Shown here piece by piece: positions 1 to 11,692 of a DNA stretch of 55,287 nt. The stretch comes from Psammoneis japonica. Lineage: Eukaryota. The translations under genes were made by a program, and so were the position numbers. The stretch lies in assembly GCA_008632985.1 (NCBI GenBank), contig QPGO01000323.1:1-55287 (forward strand), written 5' to 3'. Under the pieces are notes generated by a model. The model had not been told where the DNA came from, searched no databases, and saw nothing but the letters and a program-made list of their open reading frames with translations. Position 1 is the stretch's first letter. The number at the start of each line of letters is the position of its first letter.

Positions 1-3000
1 GGTTTCAGCTTCGTGCTCGCGCCATGCCACCTTCACCTTTGCCATCTCCTCATTGATTGCACGAGCCCAACAATCTGTCCCCGTTTCCTGATCAACCGCA
101 AAGCGTCCTCCGTGGACTTGGGCAGTCGGGCCCAAACTTGTGAGTCATGCGCCAGTGTTTCTTCTTGACCTTGGACACAATGCGATTCCATTCACGTGGG
201 ACATGTGTGACCCACCAAGCAAAAGCAGGTTCTTCCGTCAACCTGTTCGCAACAGCATGCTCAGCAACTTCAATGGGGTTGGAGTCCTTTAGATCTTTGA
301 GTTTGACCCAAGATGAGCTGCCATCCTTCCATCCAACCAATGACTTCCATCCTTTTGTTGTGATCTTCTTCTTCTCCTTCCCGTCAGCGGTTCGTGCGGT
401 GCCGTCAGCAATCGACACCGCATTGTCACTCCTCTCGTGGTCCTGCATCTCGTGCAAGATAGAATGCTGGTTGCCCTCGCTGTCGACCTGAGCAAACATG
501 TTCTTGGCAATGACATTGGCTGCACACTCATCTGTGGTTCCGTCGGCATGTTCCACTTCGTTTTCGCGAGTGTCAAACAATGGGTTTTGATGCCGAGTCC
601 CAATTGGACGCCCATCCTGTCCTCTTGCACGTTTCGTTNGCCGTCAGCTCCGATGTCAAACATGAGTTCCATTCCCAGGTGTTGATTGATTGCCTGCTCG
701 TCATCGTCGTCTGGTCACTCGTCGGGCAACAGCATGTTGCCACACTCCTCGTCCTCTGGCGTGATGCCACCCTCACATTCCACACCAAGGTTGCCGTCAA
801 TTGCAAGATTATCCAACACGAATGCGGGCACAGCTTCATTGCCTTTTAAGACAAAGTCAGCATCGTCCAATCGCTTCTTCAGCTGCTCGTTAAAGTTGTC
901 GACCTCAACACGAATGTCCGGTTGTGCCATGTCAGCCTGTGTCACATGCTCGACCAATGTTTTGGAGACAATCTTCCCGCTTTCCACAACAATCCAATGG
1001 CACATGTCCAAGCCAACTTTGTGTGAGATGCCAAGCCACCGTCCAAGCCTTCGAGGATCGTCAGTTGCACTCGGCTTGTTGGGCCTGTCCCACCACCATG
1101 CCATGTCGAAGAAACCAAAATCCAAACACTCGCCTGTCTCTGGTGTCTGCCCAGTGACCTCTTCACATCCAGCCCTCTTGTCCCTGCCTCTTGCCATGCA
1201 CGACACTAATTCTGACTCGCAAACAAGACCAAAATCCCACAATCGCTTTGGCACCTTCTTCTTTGTCATCCGCAGCCAACAACGTTTGGCCAAGAAACCA
1301 ATTTCGCGCTCCGCTGCCTGGTTCTGGTTCTTCCGACCCTGCTCTGATGTTCTCAATTGAACTCTCATGCATCGTACGTGTCTCACAAGCCTGTCGCAAA
1401 ATGATTGAAGTTGACAGATGGGAGACATGGACGACAGTTGCATTTCGACCTCGCCCCAGCGTGCTGCTTGGGACTTTGCCTTCTCGCTCCTTAGTTCCGA
1501 GACCTGTTCTTGTCGCATGCCAGAGGTCAATGATTGAATGGCACGCATCTCCGCCTGCTCTCTAGCGCGCTCTGGCAAGCCCATGTCCATCTGTGCTGGA
1601 TCCCATGCATCACCTGTCAACAGCACAACCGGCAAGTTCTGTGCTTCCCAATCCGTTGGAACACGAGACTTGAAAGACACAATTGTCCCTGTGGCATTGA
1701 AAGGGATGAAAGCTTCGTCAGCTTCAATGCCAAATCCGTTTCGGGCGTCGCAAGGGTTGTCGTGTGCGGGCATGTTGTGCGCACGGAGTTGGTTAGGATT
1801 CAAAAGTGAGTGTTGCATGTTGGTCCCAAACCAGAGCATTTGATCACCAACCAGCAAACATTCACGAGTCGTTTCCGGATCTGTCCATGCGGTGCAACAA
1901 CGTGCCACAGGAATCTGTTTGATCAGCTCACAAGAGTCCAGAAATGGGTGCACCTCGCACACTTCATTTGTCATCTCCATGAGCTTCCAGTTCGCCCCAG
2001 TGCAACAAGTGTCTGCGTGAGTGTCACATTCATTTCGAGCGACAAACCCAGGTGTTGTCAAATTTGTCATCTGTGCAGAACTCGTCGATCGGATCACACA
2101 TTTTGATGTCACGGCAATGTGCCTCTTTGTCGCCTTTCCTTTGAAACGAGATGTTGGGTGGGGTTTGGTCAACAGCAAGAAGGGTGGCACAAGCAAAAAC
2201 GACAAGTGTGCCAAATGCACCAACACTCCAGTGGCTGTTGCCACCCCAAGGAGTCAGGTGGAGCCATTGCATCCACCGCGATCCCGGTCAGCGCCGCGAC
2301 CACGCCCGCCACTCCTTTGCTCCTGATCCTGTTGTTGGGTTTGGCCTTGGCCATCTTGACAGACTTGGGCTTCAGCCACATGCCTGCCGCCCCCATCGCG
2401 TCCTTGTTGACCTGCGGGAGACCCACGGCCACCACCGCGTCCATGACCCATTCGTTCGCCAGCTTGGAACACGCAGCTCATGCCTCCATTGTGCTGTGAC
2501 TTTTCCCATTCTAGAGCACTAAAGCTCCTTGTAGGGTCGGATGCATTGACTCCATTGATCATCGTAGTGTGGTCGCCACCTCTGCCTTGACGGCCACCAC
2601 CACGTCCGCGTCCACCCCCACGTCCAAATCTTCCTCCACGACCGCGACCTCGATAAAAACCGCGGCCACCACCGCCACCACGGCTCATTTCAGAAATCTT
2701 GCGCTTCAAGCAACGCCGGGCTTCCAACTGAGCACCTGCATGCAAACGAGAGACTTCGGATGAGAAACAAGCACATGCCCCCGCAAAGTCACGAGGGTGC
2801 TGACTGCCAATGACAGCCGTTGCTGCAATGAGACGAGTGTCATCCGTTCGGATCCCCTTTAGAAGAATGTCAACTTTCTGTCGTTCAGATTTGCAGTCGT
2901 CCGGTGATTTGTTCAAAGTGGTGAAAGCACTGGCAAGTTTGTCATTGAACTTTTCGAACGGGAGCGATCCTTCCTTTTCACAAATCAAGGTTTCAACAGT

Positions 3001-3494
3001 TGCCGCAGCCAGATGGATGCGCTTGCTCAACTCGCCCTGTCCATTGCAATGGTCAACCCATGCGTTGAATGCTCCACGTCCGTCTTCTGTCGCGTCAAAC
3101 GGTTCAATCCATGCCCACCCTGCTGTGTTGACCAAGTGTTCCTTCAACACACGGCAAACGCTGCGGTTGTCCTCGTCATGTGCGGCACCATTCATTGGCA
3201 TCTGGCACATGCGCTGTTGTTGAGCATCCGTGAATGCAGCCGGAGCTGGCATTGTCCTTACGACACAGTGAAGGGGTTCTTTCAACACGCCAAATTTCTG
3301 TGCCAAGAGATTCAGGAAAGCATCTTCGCACACATCAAAGTCATCGGGCTTGAACTTTACGAGACCGCTTGCCAACGTGTCCGAATCCATGTGCTCCTTT
3401 TCGATGTGCATGCCATTCCGGCCCGCAGCCACAGCTGCTGCATTAAAGTCTGCCGCAACCAATGGCTGATTCCGTTTGAGCAAATCCTGGCACC
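1..3494 (-). repeat. Copy 2 (cut by the window edge) of a 4598-bp tandem duplication of gag-pol
   Basis: Near-identical to 4581-8092 (offset 4598 after the N at 639, which replaces about 17 bp). Confidence 0.92.
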
Positions 3495-6400
3495 TTCCTC
3501 CTCAATGTCCCCGTAAAACTCGGTCCAGTCTGCGTTCGAATTGAAAATAGATTCATCAATCACCGGTTCCTTTGGATCAAATCCGATGCGTCCGACGTTC
3601 TGGTGTTTCTTCATGTGCGCAAATGCATGATGCAATGCCTCAAGATGTCCTTTCCTTGGATTAGCTTGATGTTGAGATGGGATTGAAACCTCATGCAAGA
3701 CATCGATGCGACCCAACTTGATCGCCCAACGACAAATCCCTGTCAGCTGCAAATGCATGTCCACCAAGTCGGGGCCCAACTCGTCCGTCACGTCCAGTTC
3801 CAGTTTGTGCTTTGGGGGTGGTGGATCCTTTGCACTGTTCTTCAGAACCTCTCCATTGCCATCTTCATCCAATGGGCCTTCCACAGCCTCAATCGCCGAT
3901 TTGACATGTGACCTCGGTGAACTCGCCCAGATTGTGCGCCCATCCTGAGTCTGAACCTTCTCAACGTTAGCTCCAAGACAAACTTCTGGTTCTCCTTCGC
4001 TGCCGGGCTTCACGGCACAGTGTTCACCCATTGCAGCAACAATGGACTTCCCTTGATGGGAAATGACCAGCATGTCATCGACGCAAACCAAAAGCACTTC
4101 ACAATGCTCGTGCCCATCCTCACGAGTCGCCGCACGCAAGTGGACATCTGGGTCCGCTCTCGTCGATTCGAAGCCTGAGTCACGTGAGACCGATGACAGT
4201 GCAGACCTCCAAGAGTGTCCCTGGCTCTTTGAGCCATGCAACGCCCGAGCAACAACAAGCACCTTTCCTTCGCACTCGCCGCATTCCTTTCCACCTTCAA
4301 ACCACATCTTTTCTGTGCACGGTGCATTGAGACAAGCATTCTCCAGATCAATCGCCGTGGTGTCGACACCATTCAAGGCTGCTGACAAGAATCCAAGTCG
4401 CGCACTGTCTCTGGAAACCACGCCAGAGCAAGTGATCGATGCCGGGGCCTCTGTCGTGTGTCCGCCAGCTACAAACCTTGCCTTTCTGGTGAAATCCATT
4501 TTAATGTCGAATGCCATGTGGCACCTGATCTCCTGACAACCACGCAAAGTTGTGCTCTTGCCCCCCTGGACGACTTGAGGGGTTTCAGCTTCGTGTTCGC
4601 GCCATGCCACCTTCACCTTTGCCATCTCCTCATTGATTGCACGAGCCCAACAATCTGTCCCCGTTTCCTGATCAACCCGCAAAGCGTCCTCTGTGGACTT
4701 GGGCAGTCGGGCCCCAAACTTGTGAGTCATGCGCCAGTGTTTCTTCTTGACCTTGGACACAATGCGATTCCATTCACGTGGGACATGTGTGACCCACCAA
4801 GCAAAAGCAGGTTCTTCCGTCAACCTGTTCGCAACAGCATGCTCAGCAACTTCAATGGGGTTGGAGTCCTTTAGATCTTTGAGTTTGACCCAAGATGAGC
4901 TGCCATCCTTCCATCCAACCAATGACTTCCATCCTTTTGTTGTGATCTTCTTCTTCTCCTTCCCGTCAGCGGTTCGTGCGGTGCCGTCAGCAATCGACAC
5001 CGCATTGTCACTCCTCTCGTGGTCCTGCATCTCGTGCAAGATAGAATGCTGGTTGCCCTCGCTGTCGACCTGAGCAAACATGTTCTTGGCAATGACATTG
5101 GCTGCACACTCATCTGTGGTTCCGTCGGCATGTTCCACTTCGTTTTCGCGAGTGTCAAACAATGGGTTTTGATGCCGAGTCCCAATTGGACGCCCATCCT
5201 GTCCTCTTGCACGTTTCGTTACAACACCATGTCGCTCGCCGTCAGCTCCGATGTCAAACATGAGTTCCATTCCCAGGTGTTGATTGATTGCCTGCTCGTC
5301 ATCGTCGTCTGGTCACTCGTCGTGCAACAGCATGTTGCCACACTCCTCGTCCTCTGGCGTGATGCCACCCTCACATTCCACACCAAGGTTGCCGTCAATT
5401 GCAAGATCATCCAACACGAATGCGGGCACAGCTTCATTGCCTTTTAAGACAAAGTCAGCATCGTCCAATCGCTTCTTCAGCTGCTCGTTAAAGTTGTCGA
5501 CCTCAACACGAATGTCCGGTTGTGCCATGTCAGCCTGTGTCACATGCTCGACCGATGTTTTGGAGACAATCTTCCCGCTTTCCACAACAATCCAATGGCA
5601 CATGTCCGAGCCAACTTTGTGTGAGATGCCAAGCCACCGTCCAAGCCTTCGAGGATCGTCAGTTGCACTCGGCTTGTTGGGCCTGTCCCACCACCATGCC
5701 ATGTCGAAGAAACCAAAATCCAAACACTCGCCTGTCTCTGGTGTCTGCCCAGTGACCTCTTCACATCCAGCCCTCTTGTCCCTGCCTCTTGCCATGCACG
5801 ACACTAATTCTGACTCGCAAACAAGACCAAAATCCCACAATCGCTTTGGCACCTTCTTCTTTGTCATCCGCAGCCAACAACGTTTGGCCAAGAAACCAAT
5901 TTCGCGCTCCGCTGCCTGGTTCTGGTTCTTCCGACCCTGCTCTGATGTTCTCAATTGAACTCTCATGCATCGTACGTGTCTCACAAGCCTGTCGCAAAAT
6001 GATTGAAGTTGACAGATGGGAGACATGGACGACAGTTGCATTTCGACCTCGCCCCAGCGTGCTGCTTGGGACTTTGCCTTCTCGCTCCTTAGTTCCGAGA
6101 CCTGTTCTTGTCGCATGCCAGAGGTCAATGATTGAATGGCACGCATCTCCGCCTGCTCTCTAGCGCGCTCTGGCAAGCCCATGTCCATCTGTGCTGGATC
6201 CCATGCATCACCTGTCAACAGCACAACCGGCAAGTTCTGTGCTTCCCAATCCGTTGGAACACGAGACTTGAAAGACACAATTGTCCCTGTGGCATTGAAA
6301 GGGATGAAAGCTTCGTCAGCTTCAATGCCAAATCCGTTTCGGGCGTCGCAAGGGTTGTCGTGTGCGGGCATGTTGTGCGCACGGAGTTGGTTAGGATTCA

Positions 6401-6842
6401 AAAGTGAGTGTTGCATGTTGGTCCCAAACCAGAGCATTTGATCACCAACCAGCAAACATTCACGAGTCGTTTCCGGATCTGTCCATGCGGTGCAACAACG
6501 TGCCACAGGAATCTGTTTGATCAGCTCACAAGAGTCCAGAAATGGGTGCACCTCGCACACTTCATTTGTCATCTCCATGAGCTTCCAGTTCGCCCCAGTG
6601 CAACAAGTGTCTGCGTGAGTGTCACATTCATTTCGAGCGACAAACCCAGGTGTTGTCAAATTTGTCATCTGTGCAGAACTCGTCGATCGGATCACACATT
6701 TTGATGTCACGGCAATGTGCCTCTTTGTCGCCTTTCCTTTGAAACGAGATGTTGGGTGGGGTTTGGTCAACAGCAAGAAGGGTGGCACAAGCAAAAACGA
6801 CAAGTGTGCCAAATGCACCAACACTCCAGTGGCTGTTGCCAC
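3495..6842 (-). pseudogene. pol: copia A pol (protease, integrase lacking its core, chromo-like domain, RT; RNase H lost at the duplication junction)
   Basis: ORFs 5313-6842 and 3357-5270 contain DTHADT, WKDGSSSW, RKARFVAGGH, DLENACL, ALHGSKS and CVDD (from YVDD). Confidence 0.9.
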
Positions 6843-8092
6843 CCCAAGGAGTCAGGTGGAGCCATTGCATCCACCGCGATCCCGGTCAGCGCCGCGACCA
6901 CGCCCGCCACTCCTTTGCTCCTGATCCTGTTGTTGGGTTTGGCCTTGGCCATCTTGACAGACTTGGGCTTCAGCCACATGCCTGCCGCCCCCATCGCGTC
7001 CTTGTTGACCTGCGGGAGACCCACAGCCACCACCGCGTCCATGACCCATTCGTTCGCCAGCTTGGAACACGCAGCTCATGCCTCCATTGTGCTGTGACTT
7101 TTCCCATTCTAGAGCACTAAAGCTCCTTGTAGGGTCGGATGCATTGACTCCATTGATCATCGTAGTGTGGTCGCCACCTCTGCCTTGACGGCCACCACCA
7201 CGTCCGCGTCCACCCCCACGTCCAAATCTTCCTCCACGACCGCGACCTCGATAAAAACCGCGGCCACCACCGCCACCACGGCTCATTTCAGAAATCTTGC
7301 GCTTCAAGCAATGCCGGGCTTCCAACTGAGCACCTGCATGCAAACGAGAGACTTCGGATGAGAAACAAGCACATGCCCCCGCAAAGTCACGAGGGTGCTG
7401 ACTGCCAATGACAGCCGTTGCTGCAATGAGACGAGTGTCATCCGTTCGGATCCCCTTTAGAAGAATGTCAACTTTCTGTCGTTCAGATTTGCAGTCGTCC
7501 GGTGATTTGTTCAAAGTGGCGAAAGCACTGGCAAGTTTGTCATTGAACTTTTCGAACGGGAGCGATCCTTCCTTTTCACAAATCAAGGTTTCAACAGTTG
7601 CCGCAGCCAGATGGATGCGCTTGCTCAACTCGCCCTGTCCATTGCAATGGTCAACCCATGCGTTGAATGCTCCACGTCCGTCTTCTGTTGCGTCAAACGG
7701 TTCAATCCATGCCCACCCTGCTGTGTTGACCAAGTGTTCCTTCAACACACGGCAAACGCTGCGGTTGTCCTTGTCATGTGCGGCACCATTCATTGGCATC
7801 TGGCACATGCGCTGTTGTTGAGCATCCGTGAATGCAGCCGGAGCTGGCATTGTCCTTACGACACAGTGAAGGGGTTCTTTCAACACGCCAAATTTCTGTG
7901 CCAAGAGATTCAGGAAAGCATCTTCGCACACATCAAAGTCATCGGGCTTGAACTTTACGAGACCGCTTGCCAACGTGTCCGAATCCATGTGCTCCTTTTC
8001 GATGTGCATGCCATTCCGGCCCGCAGCCACAGCTGCTGCATTAAAGTCTGCCACAACCAATGGCTGATTCCGTTTGAGCAAATCCTGGCACC
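3495..8092 (-). repeat. Copy 1 of the 4598-bp tandem duplication
   Basis: The junction at 3494/3495 (ggcacc|ttcctcctc) joins the end of RT (FYGDIEEE) to mid-gag (WCQDLLKR). Confidence 0.92.
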
Positions 8093-8366
8093 ACCACACT
8101 GGCGCCTGCAAGTTCTTGATCTGAACAGTCCCAAGAGTCACACGTCCATCGGCCACCGTGCGACGAGACGCCCTCTGTGCCATGTCTTCCACATTGTGAT
8201 CACTCTCCATCACTGTGATGTTTTCCAAAGTCATGGGCCCTTCACAGAAGACCAACCTCGCCCTTGCGTTCTGGCCAGCAACACCACAAACTGGCAAAAC
8301 TGCGTCAATGTCAGCTGCCATGGCTGACGCCACAAGTGCTGCTGCTGGTGCTGCCGCTGCTGCCAT
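6852..8366 (-). pseudogene. gag: copia A gag with an RGG-rich C-terminus
   Basis: Open frame with copia gag motifs (AWIEPF..DGRGAF..GQGE, ERQKVDILLKGI). Only one Tyr remains. Confidence 0.85.
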
Positions 8367-8826
8367 CCCACAACAGAGAAAGGGTGTGAAGGTCCCACAC
8401 AAGGAACACACAGCTGTGAGTCTGCATGGTCATGATGGCTGCACTTTCTCTGTGTTGTGATGACGGGTTCACACAGCCACCCGACGTCAGGGTGATCAGT
8501 CCTGTGTCGTTCATGTCAACCAACATTGTTGAGCACACGCTCGGGCATGTCGCCCAATGCCGCAGTCCCTTCACACCCATCACATGTGTGAGGACAGTCA
8601 CTGTCTTTGAGAGTGTCACCATTGCAAGCTGTTTTTGTGGATGTCACAACAAGTGACACGAGACGCATCATCGTGCGCATCAATCCGAATTCTGACGCAT
8701 CGCGCACAGTTCAGCACCGTTTCTACAGCTGCACGTTCCATGCAAACAGCACAACAAACAATCGTCCATGACGAATTGTGTTTGAAACCATTTCGCTCTG
8801 TCTTTTTCGTCTTGGCTCTGACAAAG

Positions 8827-9008
8827 CGAATAAATCTCGATGCAATGAAAGAACAAGCACGACACCTTGAGTCTAAATGGAAAGCAGCGACACTGTCAAT
8901 GCAAGCCTGAACCTGATTAGATTGTGAGTGTGTTGCTGCAGCACCACTCGATCCATGTGTCTCAACCAATCACCAATTGCAACACAGCCCTCCATCCAGA
9001 TTCACTCG
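8827..9008 (-). repeat. 5' LTR of copia A (182 bp, CG...CG termini)
   Basis: Homologous to 27858-28039 and 34543-34692. A PBS-like ctttgtcagagcc follows immediately (8814-8826, minus). Confidence 0.88.
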
Positions 9009-9029
9009 CGTGCACGCCGTGGTTGCCAG

Positions 9030-9830
9030 TGCATCATTGGAGCACGCTCCAAGCATCGTCAATGTCAACACTGCCACCAGATTCAACAGGATGGCTGTTG
9101 TGGCTGTCAACCACAGTGCCAACCAGGCAGCAACAGTGCCTGCTCTTTTCATCAACATTTGAAGCAGCAAAGGTGGCTTTCTCAGCCAGTCAATCCCCAG
9201 GGCAGGCATGTGCTTCTTGTGCTGCCCAGCTGCTCTGCTTTTTGAGTTTCTTCTGGCACACCCTTTTCCTTTTGTTTGTTTGCATTGGTTGTCTGAGAAG
9301 AGCTTGATCCAGTGCTTGAATCCTCACCCTTGCTGCGACAGAGCACAGCTCCTTGCATCACATGGGCAAGAAGACCGTGCCATCATCACGCAAAAAATTG
9401 AGGCCCTTTTTCAGACCATGCTTTTTTGGATGGCGCAGGTGGCAAAACAGCTGGTCCATGCACGCCATGGCCACCAACATGTTGTTCGAGCATGCTGGTC
9501 TTGCGCAGCTTTGCACATGTTCCAAGCCTCATCAATGTCAACACTGCCGCCAGATTCAACAGGGTGGCTGTCAACCACAGTGCCAACCATGTGGCAACAG
9601 AGCTTGCTCTTTTCAACATCATTTGAAGCAGCACAGGTGGTGCTCTAAGCCAGACAATCATCATGGCAGGAAACTGCTTCTTGCGCTGCCCAGCTGTGCT
9701 GCTTTTTGAATTTCTTCTGGTGCAGCCATTTCCTTTTGTTTGTTTGTGCTGGCCGTCAGTTGACTGCCTGTGTTTTTTTCTTTCTCTGTCAAGCTGGAAT
9801 TGTGCTGCATGCAATTCCACGCGTGTTCCA
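9030..9830. repeat. Two diverged copies of an unidentified repeat module 'R'
   Basis: The blocks tcaatgtcaacactgcc / tttcttctggc..ccttttgtttgttt recur at about 9060, 9530, 37995 and 39778. Confidence 0.7.
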
Positions 9831-9853
9831 ATTGAAAGCACCTGCATGTTTTC

Positions 9854-11620
9854 ATGGCGTCTTCTTCCGTTGCCAACGGCAGCCACACACCTTCCCGTTG
9901 TGATGACGTGACTGTGGCCAATGACATCACTGTCGACCAATTGTCCATCAAGCCTTCCTCCAAACTGACAGAGTGTCAGTTTGAGGAACTTGCCCTTCGT
10001 TTCAATGTCATTGGTCCAAAAGCATGGCACAAGCCGATGACTCTTGTTGCCGCTCATTTGCAGGTCCTTCAACAAATTCTCTTCACCTGCTGTGAGGACG
10101 TGAAGATCATGGACAATGACAACAACCAAACTGCCCACGTTGCCACAGCCGAATGGGTGTCTTCTCTTCAACACGAACAACATTTTGTCATTTCAACGAC
10201 TTGCAAAGGTGAAAAGTGTCCTCTGACTCACCGCTCATGCCACCGGATCTTTGCAAAAATTCCTCTGCGTGACACTTGCTCTCATCCTCACATCCAGAGC
10301 ATTTTGGATTCTAACAACATGGGCATGAAACGTCATTTTGGGAATGAATCAGATGTCAAAACGGCCTCCCCAGCATGCCACATTGCTGCCACGACCAAAC
10401 ATGCTCCCGTCAACGAAGCTGCAAAAATGTTCCTCTGTGATCTTGGGAAATGCCAGACCAAAACACCAAAGTTCAGGTTGGCGCCCATCTCAATTCATGC
10501 TGATGACAAAGGTCTTGCTCCTCCCCTCCATGCTGCTGCCTTCACCACTGAGGCATTGATGGAGGACTGTCGCTTGGCTGGAAAGGCCTTGCTTTGTGCA
10601 TCAGAAAAGTTCCCGACACACATCGTCATGGCCAAGACCCGGCACATCTCCCCCCTCACCTTTTGTGATGTGGTCAAAATCCAGGCTCATTGGAATGAAG
10701 ATGCTTTCTTTGTTCCACTGTCGAGCACTGCTCCGGACATCATGCTCTGCTTTAAAAATCAACTCAAGGCATTGAAAGACATGAAAGCAATCTTCCCATC
10801 AAGTGCCGCTGCCGGCCAACACAATGTCCTCGTCAACCCTCTCGAGTTCAAGTCTGCCAGGGCTGCCATTTCTGCGTGCATCATGAACCTTGTCCCAACA
10901 ATTTTGAAAGAAGCCTGCCCCACCCCACTCTTCAGGGATCCTCCTCAAGTCTCTGGCATGCCAGAGGAGATGTCGGACACTGGCAAGTCCACTGTGTCAG
11001 CTGGCATCCACAGCCTGGAATCTCTCACCTTTTCCAACGTTTTGCCTTTGACAGACAACCAAGCTTCAGGAAATCACCAACAACCACCACCATTGAAATT
11101 GGCGGGCCGCAGTTGCAATGGCAGAGGTCAAGGTTTCCCAGGCCATGGTGCTCAACCAGGCTCAGCTGTTCCTCCCCACATCTGCACCCACTGCTCCCAG
11201 AACTCACCCTCGCCACCCGGGTGTCCCAGTTGCCCTGGCATGAATTCTCCTCCGTGCTCACATGCACAGGCTGCACAGTCGACCGCCAGTTCCATCACCT
11301 CCGTGCAGCTGGCTGATGTCCAACGCAACATGTCTCAGATGCAAGAGAAAACTGAGAAAGCCTTGGAGGATCTACGTTCACAACACTCACTAGATGTTGA
11401 GGTGATTGACGGTGCATTCGCGCAACAACCTGTGCAGGACATCGCTGTGTCACAGGCTCAGCACTCTCAACAACTTGCGGGCATGCAGGACCAGATGAAT
11501 CAGATGGTGCAACTGCTCCAAGCAAATCAACCAGTCCAAACATCAGCAAGGAAACGTCCAAATCACATGGACACACCAGATTGCTTGGCTGACTCACATG
11601 ACAAGGAGAAGGATTTTTAG
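9854..11620 (+). pseudogene. LINE ORF1-like protein (588 aa, Q-rich coiled-coil-like C-terminus)
   Basis: Long ORF directly upstream of the APE domain. No Tyr seen in 588 aa. Confidence 0.6.
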
Positions 11621-11692
11621 ACAGGGGTTGGACTTCGCCGCCTCCACCCCCTCAGACCATCAGGCGTCCACCAGACATCTCATCTCCTCCAA

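Larger units (their letters stand above)
1..9008 (-). mobile_element. Ty1/copia (CoDi-like) family A, degenerate: 5' LTR, gag and pol, with an internal tandem duplication; the 3' end runs off the window
   Basis: LTR at 8827-9008 is homologous to 27858-28039. The gag, protease (ECDTHADTCC), integrase C-terminus and RT ORFs align with the plus-strand copy at 28500-34400. Confidence 0.93.

Noticed and set aside
639..639. Small deletion or frameshift in the first pol copy
   Set aside because: It coincides with an N, so it is an assembly gap rather than a biological event.
810..811. TA (810) vs CA (5408) as evidence of TA>CA
   Set aside because: The third copy has CG here (about 31960) and the DD reading looks ancestral, so this TA is probably derived from CpG decay or is an error.
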